NCBI GenBank assembly: GCA_963575745.1 | Contig: CAUYUJ010000001.1 | Coordinates: 992,001-1,056,000 of the forward strand | Reading direction: 5' to 3' | Length of the DNA: 64,000 bases | Source: Prorocentrum cordatum | Taxonomy: Eukaryota | Part shown: positions 35,569 through 48,458 of the stretch, piece by piece | Layout of the letters: every line of letters begins with the position of its first letter | Position numbering within the stretch: the stretch's first letter is position 1 | Made by a program: the position numbers and the translations under genes | Notes under the pieces: generated by a model | Databases searched by the model: none | Seen by the model: the letters and a program-made list of their open reading frames with translations, nothing else | What the model was told of the DNA's origin: nothing

Positions 35569-38361
35569 GTGCACAAGGCCGGTGTGCTCAGCGGTCTGGC
35601 GGTGGTTTCGCCCGAGACGCCGTCACAATCGATTCAGGAATCCCGCTCTCGCCTCTCGGTGCCAGCTACATGTGTGGCCCGGTCGGCCAAGGCCCCTTGT
35701 TGCAAGATACACTGGGGTGCTCATTGGCCGCTGCTGCTCTAAAGACCGGCTTGCTGGTGCAACTTCGCGACGCGAGAGGGTCCCCCCCCCGAGAGGCGGG
35801 CTGAGCCACCGGCCCCTCCGCGCGGGCGGCGACCCCGCAGCCGCGCGAGGGGCGGCGGTGCAGCTGCTGTGGGCTGCCGCCTGGGCGCTCGAAGGGCCCG
35901 CCGGCGGCAGGCCCCCGACGGTGGAAGCAGAGGGGAAGCCATGGCACGGATTTCTTGGATCCGCGCTGGGCCCCCCCAGCGGCGCCTCCGGCGCCGCCCG
36001 TGGTTCCGCGCGCCAGGGAGGGGGGTCTGGCGCAGATCCAGGAGATCCGCGCGGAGCGCCAAAAAATTATGTTTGTGGCGTTGTTTCTTCTTCTTCTTCT
36101 TCTTCTTCTTCTTCTTCTTCTTCTTCTTCCAGACAGGCGGGGGCGAGCTGAGCCGCCGGCTTGGTGGCGGCGGGTGCCGCCGGCGCGCGGGCACGGCGGC
36201 GGCGGCTTGCTGCGGGCTGTCGCCCGGGCAGACCCTTGTCGCCTGGGCATCGTCGTCGCCGTCGCCGTCGCCGTCGACGTCGCCGCAGTCATCGCCGTCG
36301 TCGTCGTCGCCGTCGTCGTCTGCATCGTCGGCGTCGTCGTCGTCGCCGTCGTCGTCGTCGGCGGCGTCGTGGGCGGCGTCGTCGTCGGCGTCGGCGTCAG
36401 CGTCGGCGTCGGCGTTAGCGTCGGCCTGCCTGCCTGTGGCAGCCCATGTACCGTAGTAGGGGTGGAGTGAAGGCGAGCTCCCCAGATTTCCGAAGTCATA
36501 TTGCTGGTTCAATCCGGGCGGTTTTCTTCGCTTTTGGCCTCGTGGGGCCCTTTTTGGGGGGTCGGGGGCAATGAAGAATGGATCTGGTGCGGAAAGCTGG
36601 CCCAAAAAATTGAGGTCGGGACCTTTAGGGCCGCGCATTGAGAAAGTCATATCCTCGGATGTCTGGCTCCTTGGACGATTTGGGCGCTTCCTGTATTCTA
36701 GACGCTTCTCGTAACCCCACCAGCCCATGCAAAAACGATGCCCAGACGAGTTGCCCTGGTCAGGGATGTGGAGGAGCATGCAGTGGAATAAAGAGGTGGG
36801 CAAGACGTCATACTCTAAGAGGGGGAGGATGGAGGAGGAATCGGAGGAGCAGGAGGATGAGAGGAGGAAGAGGAGGAGGAGGAGGAGGAGGAGGAGGAGG
36901 AGGAGGAGCAGGGCGAGCTGAAAGGCCAGAAGCCTTTTGGATGCCTCTCGGAATCTCCTCGGAATTCTTCAGAGAATGCCTTGGAATCCTCTTGGGGGTC
37001 TCTTGGCAGTCCCAAGGTCCCCTTGGGGCGTCCTGGGTGCCTCTGGGGAGCCTCGTGGGGCCTCTTGGGTTCTCTTGGGACCTCTTCGGGGCATCTTGGG
37101 GGCTTCTTGGTGGGCCTCTTGGGGCATCCTGGGCACCTCTCGGGGCCGTCTCGGGGCACCCTTGGGAGCCGCGGAGGCCATCTTGGAGGGAATCGATCAA
37201 AGAAGGGGCTATACACCTCGGGTTCCCCCCAGGAGGCCAACGTGTGGCCAGCACGGCACATGTTTGTGGCATCAAGTCTTATGGTTTTTTCGCCGAGGCC
37301 TCTTGGGTCGTCTTGGGTCCCAATGGCGCCCCGAGAGGGCTCAAGATGCACCCAGGAGGCGCCAAGAGGCCCCCAAGATGCCTCCAAGATGCCCCCGAGA
37401 GGCTCCCAAGAGCCCCAAGAGACCCAAGACGCCGCAAGAGACCTCGACGAGAAGGTTTGGGCCACCCGCTGGCCTCACAGAGGGGGAAAACCCTCATTGA
37501 GGAGCGCCCCTCCTTTGATCGATCTCCTCCACTATGACCCCAAGATGGCCCCCGAGGCTCCCAATGGTGTCCCAAGACGGCCCCAAGGGGTGCCCAGGAG
37601 GCCCCCAAGAAGCCCCCTGGAGGCCCCCAAGATGCCCCCAAGAGGCTCCCAAGAGATCCCCAAGACACCCCAACAGGAGCCTCGGGGGCCATCTTCGGGC
37701 CATTTTGGAGGTGATCGATCAAAGAAGGGGACGGTTCCAATTAGCGCCCCCCCCCAAGAGGCCAAAATGGGTCAAAGACCAAATTAAAGCCAATGATCTT
37801 GGTCTTCTCACCAAGGCCATATTGGACGCCCTAAACCCTCGCGAGAGGCCCCCTCCAGACCCAGGGGGAGGGGGGAGGGAGAACCCCCTCCCCGAAGGGG
37901 AAAAGTGGGTTTGGAAGAGGAAACGTTCTGAACCACTCACATCCTGAAGGGCTGATGGGATTTCCTGGAGGCCTCTTCGTCGCCACAGCCAGATCCGCCT
38001 CAACGTTCCGGCCAGGACTAACCCCTGGACAAGTCTCAGGATCGACGTCTGATCCCTGAGCCCAAACTCCCTCGCGTCGTTGATCGCTCGGGGCCGTACA
38101 AAAAAAACATCAACAATCATGTTGAGATTGTTCGCTCTTATCTGCTCGAGTGTCATTCAACGTGTATTTCCCAAACCCTCGATACCCGCCCTCTTCGTCT
38201 TCGATCGTACCTCTTTTTGGGGGGTATATTTTTCTTCCCGCAGGCCGGCCCCGGCACGTGGCGGGGCGGCCGCGGACAGTCGGCTTGGCTAGCGGCGGCG
38301 CTGATCGGCGGCAACCCAACCTCAAGAGGGACGGACAGGGGACCGACCACGACGACCACGA

Positions 38362-38406
<45 letters not shown>

Positions 38407-39721
38407 ACGAAAGCGAGAGCGAGAGCGAGAGCGACAGCGGGACCACGAAGGGCAGGAAGGGGGCCACGAAGGGCGACAGCGGGGCCACGAAGGGCAGCGA
38501 GGGGGCCAGGAAGGAGCGGGGGCCACGAAGGGCAGATAATGCAGGGCCACAGAAGGCAACGGCGGGGCCACTGAGGGTAGCAACGGGGCCACGCAGGACA
38601 GCGAGGGGGCCACAAAGGGCGACAGCGGGGCGAAGGGCACGCCTATGGAGCCACGATGGGCGCGAATGAGGGGGTGCCACGAAGGGCAGCGAAGGGACCA
38701 CGAAGGGCTGCAACGGGGCCACGAAGAGCAGCGAGGGGGCCACAAGGCGCATGCATATGAGACCACGACGGGCGCGAGCGAGCGGGGGCCACGAAGAGCG
38801 CAGATGTATGGGGCCACGAAGGGCAGCGAGGGGACCACGAAGGGCTGCAACGGGGCCATGAAGGGCAGCGAGGGGGCCACGACGGGCTGCAACGGGGCCA
38901 CGAAGCGCAGCGAGGAGCCACGAAGGGCAGCAGCGGGGCCACGAGGCGCATGCATATGTATGGGACCACGACGGGCGCGAGCGAGCGGGGGCCACGAAGA
39001 GCGTAGATGTACGGGGCCACGAAGGGCAGCGAGGGGGCCACGAAGGGCTGCGACGGGGCCACGAAGGGCAGCGAGGGGGCCACGAAGGGCTGCAACGGGG
39101 CCACGAAGGGCAGCGAAGGGGCCACGAAGGGTTGCAACGGGGCCACGAAGGGCTGCGACGGGGCCACGAAGGGCAGCGAGGGGGCCACGAAGGGCTGCAA
39201 CGGGCCCGCGAGGGGCAGCGAGCAGGCCACGAAGGGCTGCAACGGGGCCACGAAGGGCAGCGAGATCCCGATTCCTAAGTAAGCGGTGAGGGACTCCGAA
39301 GCCTGTGCGCGACTCTTGGGCGGCTGAGTGTCGGGAGCGCGGCGCTGGAGTAAACTGCGGGGAGCTCCAACGCAAGAGCGCGATTTTTGAGTAAATTGCA
39401 ACCAAATCCCCAGCGAGAGCGTGACTCCAGAGCGCTGAGAGAGCGATGCCTGCATAAATTGTAAGGAAGTCCCAAGCGAAAGCGCGAGTCCTGTGTAAAA
39501 TGCGAGGAAATCTCAGGCGGGAGCGGGGAACCTGGCTAACGTGTGAGGAAGTCTCAGGCGGGAGCCTTTGATGCTGCAATCTGGGGCCAACAACCCAGTT
39601 TGAGCGCCGTGGTTTTCCCTAATAAAAACAGGGTGCGAGCCCTGGGGGGGGGCACTTCAATTGAAAAAGCACGATGGTCACCAGAGGGGGGGTCAGCAAT
39701 ATTTCTTCAGTAATGGGGTTC

Positions 39722-39785
<64 letters not shown>

Positions 39786-42700
39786 TCAACAACAACAGCT
39801 ATCAGTTTAAGACTGCTCGCTCTTACTGGCACGCGTGTGTTGCATTCCGTGTACCCCAACCCTCGATACCCGCCCACGTCGTCTTCGATTGCACCCCCTT
39901 TCGGGGGGAATCTCTTCCTTGTCGGCCAGCGACTGAAGCGCGAAGAATTCTCAAGAGAGCGCCGTTCCTGAGTTTGGGGGCCTCTCTGGTCAGGGGCCAT
40001 AGGAATACCTATGGAGAAATATCGATCGGGAGCCCGTGTCGCCGTGTCTGGGCCTCCAACAACTTGTTTGAATGTCGGGAAAGTCTCGAGCGACAGCGCC
40101 GTTCCTGAGTTCGGGGGCCTTCTTGGCCAGGGGCTCTCGGAGTAAATCGTGAGGAAGTATTAAGCAGGAGCCCTTGTCGTCGTGGGTGGGCCTCCGCCAA
40201 CCTAATTGAATTGCGAGGAATTCTCGAGCGAGAGCGCCGTTCCTGAGTTCGGGGGCCTCTCTGGCCAGGGTGTCTCGGGGTAAACTGTGAGGGCGTATCG
40301 AGCGGGAGCCGTTGTTGTCGTAGTTGGGCCTCCAAGGGCCCACATTCAGGGTCAAGCCAACGCTCGAGCGGGAGCTTCGTTTTCAAAGAAAATGTAGCCG
40401 GCGTCCTGGCGAGAGCGCGCGGAATCGTTTCAGGAAGCCAACAAGAATTGTTCTTTAGAAATGAGTATGTATTAACAACCAACTACAAAAATACAAACAT
40501 AATGAAACAAATTCGTGGTCAAAACACCGCCCTGGGGAAGCGGCGAAACTTCCAGGGATCGCGCATCATGATGCGAAGCAAATCAAGACGCTAGTGGTCG
40601 ATGAAGCAGGAAGAGGTAGAGCGAGAGGTGGATCAGCAAGAGGTGTCGGAAAGTGAGGGGGGGGAGGAGGCAGGTGAGGAGGAGGAGGAGGAGGAGGAGG
40701 AGGCGGAGATCGATGGCGGGATACGGGAGAAGCAGTAGGCGGGGGGGGAGGAGGGCGAGCATGTGATTCAAGAGGGACAGGGAGGATGAAGAGGAGGGGG
40801 AGGAGGAGGAGGAGGGAGGAGGAGGAGGAGGAGGAGGAGGAGGAGGGAGGAAGAGGAGGAGGAGGAGGAGGAGCAGGATCGAGGATCGAAGTTTCGGAAG
40901 TTGGTGGGGGTCGTGCGTGGGCCTTCTGTGGCGTTAGTTTGGCCACGGTTGGAATCGGTTCGAAACTGCACGTAGGCAGAACGCGACCCGTTGGAGGTCA
41001 GGTTATTTGGCTGGCAGTTCTTGAGCGGGGATACGGCGCACCGTGATACAGTAGGCTACATACGCGGAGGTGGAGTAGGAGGAGGGGCGAACTGGAGTAG
41101 ACGTCAGGGGAAGAAGAGGAGGGGGAGGAGGAGGAGCAGGAGGAGGAGTAGGAGAAAGAGGAGGACCGAGGATAATAATGCTCAGGAGGAGAAGGAGGAG
41201 GAGGACGAGAAACAGAGGCAACCCAGGACGCATCAACGATACTGCAGCTCAGCGTCCCGTCCCAGGTCCTCTCCTCAGAAGCCCCCGCAAGCAGTTCTTG
41301 TGACTGCAAAAAGCGCCCCCTTCAAAGACGAGGGCCCCATGGGCTTGCCATTCAGGCGAGAGATCCGCCTTGAAATGGAATAAACGTCATCCCTCTAGCA
41401 GCCTTTAGTTTTCGAGCCACGAGGAAGGAGCAGCAGGTTCAGGAAAGCGTCCAGCCAAATCGGGAACGACCGATCCCGCCGGTCGAGACCCGACAGAGAT
41501 TGGATCAAGCGATCAAGGTGGGAGCCGTTTCCGGACTCCGGGACCGTCAACAAGAACGATGCGCGATGAAAAGTTGGCGCGGGAGGGGTCGAGATCCCCG
41601 TGGGCCCACGACACAGAAAAGGGACGCTGGAGAAAGAGGAGGGGGGAGGATAGGGGGCAGAATAAGAGGAACATGGTGGTCTGGGTGGGCGCTCCGTTTC
41701 TCTTCTCCCCCATGCACCCTGTTGTTTCCAAGGGAAAGGTGGAGGTGGAGGAACAGGAGGGAGGAGGAGCAGGAGCAGGTGAATCGAGAGAGGAGGAGGG
41801 GGGGGGGGGGGGGGGCGCACGGCGCAAGAGGAGCAGGGGGGCGCGCAGACGGAGGAGGGGCCGTCTTGGACAGCAGAGCATCCGCCCGTGAGCTGCATGA
41901 GAGAAAAGAAGGAGAATGCGCACGTATGTTCTGTGAGGGAGAAGGCGGAAAAGAAGGAAATTTGATGGTTTGGGGAGCGGCGAGAAGTAAGAGAGGGAGC
42001 ATGAGGACAGGGATGGGGGAGAAGGCTTCTCGCTGAATCAGCGCTCAGAAGCAGCGCGCGTCGGCTGTGTTGTTGTTGTTTTTCGTTCACGTGCAGTTTC
42101 TGTTCCTTTTCGGTTATGCGCCCCGACAGGGCGCAGATGCTGCACAGATGCAGCCAGACACCCACGCGACATCGAGTTGGCGATTGGCCGATGCGAGCAT
42201 GTCCCTGTCTAGCCTATAGTGTTGAGGACATGTTATTCTCCTGTCCAAGAATGCAGCATGTGTGTCTGCGGTTGGTGTCGGTGTGCGCGCGTGTGTGTGG
42301 TGTGCGAGGCAGCTTGTCGCGCACGAAACCTGGACGTTCAATATGCAACATGACCCACGTATTCGTAGTTCGTGTATGATAGGTCGCCCACGCCCGCGCA
42401 TATTCGCACGTGCACGGCGCATGTTGCCAGGCCGAAGGCGCACCATTCAAAGCCAGTTCACACGGCTACACCTATTTTCACAGCGAGGTGCAAGGAGGAG
42501 GGATGGAGGATGTGGAGCAGTAGAAAGATCTCCAGAGGGCCAGATACCCTGAACACAGTGTGAAACACGTTGCTGTGCGTCGTCTTTCTCCTCCTCCTCC
42601 TCCTAACCTTCCCCCTCTTGAGACCTCCAGCGATCCGAAGCAATCGCAACATCAATTTGATGTTGAGGTTGGTGCGCTTGGCTTGGCCACGCACACACCA

Positions 42701-43805
42701 AGCACGCCCCCTTTGACAAATGAGGCGTGCTTGGTGTGGGTGGTCAGTGCCGCCAGAAAGCGAGCATGGCACCGCACGGCACGGCACGCGGGCACCGCAC
42801 GGCACGGCACATTCTTGTCATTCCAGATTTTAGGCACGGCACGCGGTCTCGGCACGGCGCGGCACGGTACATCTTTCGCAGTGTAGAACTTAGGCGCGGC
42901 GCTGTTTTTCCCGCATCCTAGGATTCAGGCACTACACGCGGGCACGGCACGCACCGGATTGGCGCGTTTCTCGCATCCTGAGACTTAGAGGCTGCACGGC
43001 GCGACACGACGCCACGTGCCTTCGCATCCTCACGCCTCGGCACCGCGCGCGGGCACGGCACGACAGGGCACGGCACGTGTGTCGCATCCCAGAATCTGGG
43101 CACGGCACGCGGGCACGCCGCGGCACGACACCTCTTCGCATTTTAGAGCTTCGCCACCGGGACTCCGCTCCCCAATGGCCAGGAGGAGGAGGAGGAGGAG
43201 GAGGTGGATGAGGATGGGGAGGAGGAGGTGGAGGATGAGGAGGAGGAGGATGGGGAGGAGGAGGAGGAGGAGGAGGAGGACGAGGAGGAGGACGAGGAGA
43301 AGGAGGAGGGGGAGGGGGAGGACGGGGAGGAGGAGGGGAAGGAGGAGAAGGAGGAGGGGGAGGAGGAGGAGAAGGAGGCGGGCACACGGGCACATCACCA
43401 AGCAGCACGGCACAGCACGGCACAGCACGGCACCTCTTCCCGCACTCTGGAGCCGTACCGCGGCATGACACGGCACGCGGGCACGTCACGGCCTTGCATA
43501 TTTCTGGCACTCTTGAATCTAAATTTAAGTCGGGCATGTCCCCCTACAGGAAGAATATGCAAGAATGGTAAACATAGTCAGGTGCTGATTTGTCGTATTC
43601 TCTTGAATCTGCTTTGGCTATTTTCTGATTTTTCTTCAAAAATCCGCCTATAGGAGGACATGCCCGACCTAAATCTAAGTTCGGCACTCGGGCACGGCAC
43701 CGCACGGCACTGCGCGCCGGCGGGTATGTTTCGCATTCTGTGTCGAGGGAGCGCCAGTCCTCCTGAATCGATTCGGACCCCCCTTGCAGACTTGGCTGCT
43801 TCGGG
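35569..43805 (+). CDS. Candidate internal exons 35569-35691, 37950-38039, 40556-40652, 41266-41355, 42538-42724 (or 42671), 43748-43805; low-complexity N-terminal region
   Basis: Unique-sequence islands with AG|G acceptors. One phase-consistent reading is AQGRCAQ...[12 protein letters not shown]...[24 protein letters not shown].../SSPQKPP...[26 protein letters not shown].... A second consistent chain using 36764-36795, 37971-38015 and 40610-40642 also exists, so the frame is unresolved. Confidence 0.45.
36930..37770. repeat. Foldback of the ggggcctcttggg / cccaagaggcccc repeat family (other copies at 12280-12790, 48560-49160, 50450-50965, 53600-54050)
   Basis: Orientation flips near 37330. 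atcgatcaaagaagggg occurs at about 37192 and 37713, and its complement cctcctttgatcgat at about 37509. Confidence 0.8.
38440..39262 (+). repeat. 21-bp minisatellite (ggggccacgaagggcagcgag / ggggccacgaagggctgcaac)
   Basis: Directly visible, with a longer interruption repeated twice. Confidence 0.95.
42765..43745 (+). repeat. (ggcac)n-rich element interrupted by a (GAG)n tract and a MITE-like insert
   Basis: ggcacggcacg motifs on both sides of the interruptions. Confidence 0.8.
43514..43682. mobile_element. MITE-like element with about 33-bp terminal inverted repeats
   Basis: Left taaatttaagtcgggcatgtcccctacagg, right cctataggaggacatgcccgacctaaatcta; AT-rich core; no ORF. Confidence 0.7.
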
Positions 43806-43814
43806 GAGATATCC

Positions 43815-46800
43815 GAGAAATTGTGGGTTTGGGCTTGAGTCGGGGATTCGGTTTTCTGCTATGTATGGGGCCGAGGGGGCCATGCGGACAGCGACGACGA
43901 CGACGACGAGAGCGACGAGGACGAGGGGGAGGAGGAAGAGGACGACGACGAGGGGGCCCCCATTCGTCCTATCGGCTTAAGCCAAGAGCAAGGGCAGAAA
44001 GGAGGAACGCATCAGAGTCACATTGGAGCCAGATTTGGACAATCTTGGGGCCAACCAGGGCCCACCAGGTCACATTGGGGGAAATGTCGAAGCAATCTCG
44101 AGGTCGTCTCGGAGGCGACGTTCGTATGTCACGGAATACCCCTTGGAGGCGGCGTCATGTTATGGCGGCGTTGTTGGTGATGTCGGTGTGTTTTTGTTGT
44201 GGTGTGTTGTCGTTTGTTTGTTATGGTGTTGTTGTTACGTGTGTTGTTGTTGGTGTTGTTGTTATTGTTGTTGTCTACTATTGGTGGTGGTTGTTGCTGC
44301 TTCTGTCGTGTGGATCACAGGTGTTGCTGACATTGCTTGTGTTTTCGTTATGAACAGACAACAGCACGCCAGAAGATGGATTGACCAAGCATGGTTGCGA
44401 GGAGCGCTTCTATATATATATGTCTATATACACATACATATATATATATATATCTACATACATATAAGCATGTCGTTACGTGTGTTATGCTAATGTTGTT
44501 GACGCCGTTGCTGTCGTTGGTCTTGATGCTAGCAGTTTTGTTGGGTTTGCTGTCGTTGTCGTGTCTGCTGTTCCTGTTGCTGGTGTTACTGCTGTGTTCA
44601 CTCTGCATCTTCGCCGAGTGTGTTTGTCCCGCCTAGGTTCATTGACCACACGGCCGATCGAATGACCAGACAGTTCGGTTTCTGGTATATGTGTTGTTGT
44701 TGGTGTCGTTGTCGTCGTTGGTGTTTATTGTTGTTGGTGTTGCAGTTGTGGTTGTTGAATAACTATTGTGGATCCTCCCCATGAGGCGCACATCTCGTCT
44801 TACAATTCAAGTGCTCCTCCAGGGGCTTGCATTCTTGACTACATCGGAAAAGCTTAGTCTTCAAATTGCGCTGTTGGCCCGCGGTTTACAACAACAGCGG
44901 CTCCCGCCTGATATTTCTTGCCAGTGTATTCCAGACTCGCGCTCCCATTGGGAAATGTTTCACAATGTATGCAGGAATCGAGCTCTCGGGTGGAACTTCC
45001 TCGCAATGTAGTCGGACGCCGCACCCTCGACACTCAGGAGTCACGCTCTCGCCCTGGCCTTCTTTCTCACGATGTACTGAGGAATCGCGTGATCGCTCGA
45101 GATTTCCTTGCGATTCATGTAGAATTCACGCTTTAGCAGCCCGCCTGCTCGACATGGCCGTCTGGGCCCGCCTTTCCGACGCGCCAGTTAGAGTCTACCC
45201 GCCCGATCTGCCTGTCTGGTTCTGCCGCGTGATTTCTGCTTCGACCCCCTCCCTCCTGCCAGTCTCTCTCGTGCTCCATCCCTCTCCCTCCTCCGTGTCC
45301 CTTCCGTCCGACCTCTGTTCCCCTCTTTTAAGGACTGCGCGAAATGCGCGTTGCAGGTAAGGAAGATATACCCCCAAGGGGGCACGGTCGAAGACGAAGA
45401 AGGCGGGCATCGAGGGTTTGGAGTATATGAATTGAGTGGCACGCGAACAGATAAGGACGAACAACCTTACAAGGATTGGTACTGTTGCTGCTGAACTCTG
45501 TATCTTGAAGAATCAGTATTGCTGGTCCCCGCCCACTAGTGCACAGTGTGCTTTTCTATTGGGGGGCCCTCTCTCAGGGCCCGCACCCTGTTCTTATGAG
45601 AGGAAGTCTTCGTGCTCAAACTGCGCTGTTGGGGCCCCAACAAGAACAACAACAACAACAAGAACAAACACAACAAACACAACAACAATCAGGTTAAGAC
45701 TGTTCGCTCTTATCTGCCCGCGGGCCACTCAACATGTATAACCCCAACCCTCGATACCCGCCCTCTTCGTATTCGATCGTGCCCCCTTGGGGGTATAGAT
45801 TTTTCTTACCTGCAACGTGTATTTCGTGCAGACCCTAAGGCAAGGGAAGACAGGACGGACGGAAGTAAGGGACAAGGGGAGGGAGGAGGATGGAGCACGA
45901 GAGGGATTAGCAGGAGGGGGGCCAGGAACAGAAAATACGTGGCAGAACCACACGGGCAGATCGGACGGGCAGACCACAGCGGGCGGGCCCGGAAAGCGGT
46001 CCCAGGCGGCCAGGTCGAGCAGGCGGGTTGTTGGAGCGTGAGTCTTGGATGAATCGCGAGGCATTCTCGAGCGATAGCGCGATTCCCAAATCAATCATGC
46101 GGATATCCACAGCGAGAGCGTGAGTCCTGAGTGTCGAGAGCGCGATTCCTATTTTCAATTGTGAGGACTTCCCGCGCGAGAGCGCGATTCTGGAACAAAG
46201 TGCTAGGAAATATCAGGTGGGAGCCGTTGTTGTTACGGTTCCGGGGCCAGGGGCCCCGTTTGGTGGCACCTTGTTGTCCCTGGTAAAAAAAAGTGCGAGC
46301 CCCAGGATAAGCAGTTCAAGAGAAAATTTGGTGCTTTTGAGAATTCAACCTCAACATCAATAACAACAGCACCAACCCCAACAACAACGATAACAATAGA
46401 ATAATCACAACAACCGCAACAACAGCAACAACAACAGAAACAGGGACACAAACAATAACAAAAACAACCACAACAACAACGACAATCATTTTGAGGCTGG
46501 CCGTTCCTTTGTGCTCGCACGCCATTCAACATGTATATCCCAAACCCTCGGCACCCGCCCGCTTCATCTTCGATCGTACCCCCTTTGGGGGCACATCTTC
46601 TTTACCTGACACGCGCATTGCGCGCAGCCCCATAAAACAAAGGAGGAGAGGACGGATGGAAGGGGGGGGCAGGATGAAGCACGAGAGAGATTAGCAGGAG
46701 GGGGGCCAGGAACAGGAAACACGTGGCAGGACCAGACGGGCAGGTCGGACGGGCAGACCACAGCGGGCGGGCCCGGAAAGCGGGCCCAGGCGGCCAGGTC

Positions 46801-48443
46801 GAGCAGGCGGGTTGCTGAAGCGTGCGTCCTGCATGAATCGCGGGGAAGTCCTCAAGCGAGAGCGCAATTCCTGAGTGTCGAGGGCGCGGCTCCTGCAGAA
46901 ATTGAGGAGAATCCCCACGCGAGAGCACGATTCGGGCATAACTTGTGAAGAAGTCCGCCGCGAGAGCGCGATTTGGGAATACATTGTGAGGAAGAATCAG
47001 GCGTGAGCCGTTGTTGATGTAGACCGAACAACAGCAACAACAACCATAACAGCAGCAACAACAACAACAACAACAATAGCAGGAACAACAGCAACAATAA
47101 ACACCAAAAACAAAAAATCCAATGACGGCGACGGCGACGACGACGACTGCAACAACAACAACAGCAATCATGTTATGACTGCTCGCTCTGACCTGCTCGC
47201 GTGCAGTTCAACCCGTAGATCCCAAACCCTCGATACTCGCCCCGCCCTTTTGGTCTTCGATCGTACCCCCTTTTCTGGGTATATCTTTATTACTTGCAAC
47301 ATGCATTTTGCGCGGCCCCTGAGGCAGGGGAAGAGATGACGGATGGAAGAAAGGGTCAATGAGCAGGCGGGTTATTGAAGCGTGCGTCCTGCATGAATCG
47401 CGAAGAAATCTCAAGCGATAGCGCGATTCCCAAATGAATCGTGAGGAAATCCACAGCGAGAGCGTGATGTTTGAGTGTCGAGGGCGCGGCGTTAGAATCA
47501 ATTGCGGAAAAGTCCCACGTGAGAGCGCGATTCGGGCATAAATTGTGAGGACGTCCCGCGCGAGAGAGCGATTCTGGCATACATTGTCCGGAATTATCAG
47601 GCGGGAGCGCGAGCACCGGGAGAAGCATTTCAATTGAAAAAATCATGGTTACCGGAGGGGGGGATGAACAATTTGTAAGGGTTCAACCACAACAGCAGCA
47701 GCAGCAACAACAATAAACATACCAGAAACCTAATTTCGCGGTCGTTCGGCCGGCCCTGTGGTCAACGAACCTTGGCGGGACGAACACATTCGGTGAAGAC
47801 ACCGAGTGAACAAAACAGTAACACCAGCAACGGGAACAACAGAAACGAAATACATGCAAAACAATAACAATATGTTTGTATATGAATGCACTCCTCGCAG
47901 CCGTGCTTGATCAATGAATCCCCTTGCGCGCTGCGGTCTGATCACAATGGAAACAGAAATCATTCCAGTAAACCTTATGATACGCACAACAGAAACAGCA
48001 GCAGCAACAGCACCAATAACAGAAAGCAGCAACAACAGCAACAACCCAGCTGCAAGAGCGAAAGCAAACAGCAAACAACAAACAGCGACACCATGACGCC
48101 GCTTCCAAGGGGCATTCCGTGACATACGAACGCCGCCTCCACGACGATCTCGAGATTGCCCCAAGATGATCCCGTGAACCCTAGTTGACCCCAAGATTGC
48201 CCTGATATGGTTCCAAAGTGACTCCAATGCGTGTCGCGCTGCTGCCGTTGCTCCGGGCTTGGGCCAGCAGGACGGATGGGGGTGTTTGCCCTCAGCCCAC
48301 TCGTCGTCATCCTCTTCCTCTTCCCCCATTGTCCTCCTCCCCCTCGTCCTCGTCGCCCTCGTCGTCGTCGTGGTCGCTGGCCACCCCGCCCCACACAGAG
48401 CAGAAAGCCAAATCCCCGACACAAATTGGACCCACAGTTTCTC
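43815..48443. repeat. 4.6-kb nested foldback filling one predicted intron
   Basis: Outer arms 43815-44700 and 47700-48443. Inner minus unit 44880-45470 faces three plus units (45650-46240, 46480-47020, 47160-47620). Confidence 0.9.
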
Positions 48444-48458
48444 TGATAATGCCCTCAG

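Noticed and set aside
38110..39579. 489-aa ORF with ALRGPVA repeats
   Set aside because: A 21-bp minisatellite open in multiple frames on both strands.
40556..40615. TLVVDEAG as a helicase Walker B motif
   Set aside because: No Walker A or other helicase motifs in neighbouring exons; the frame itself is uncertain.
42630..42690. LRLLRI / LRLVRL as an ion-channel S4 segment
   Set aside because: Arises on both strands from a palindrome; no other channel segments.
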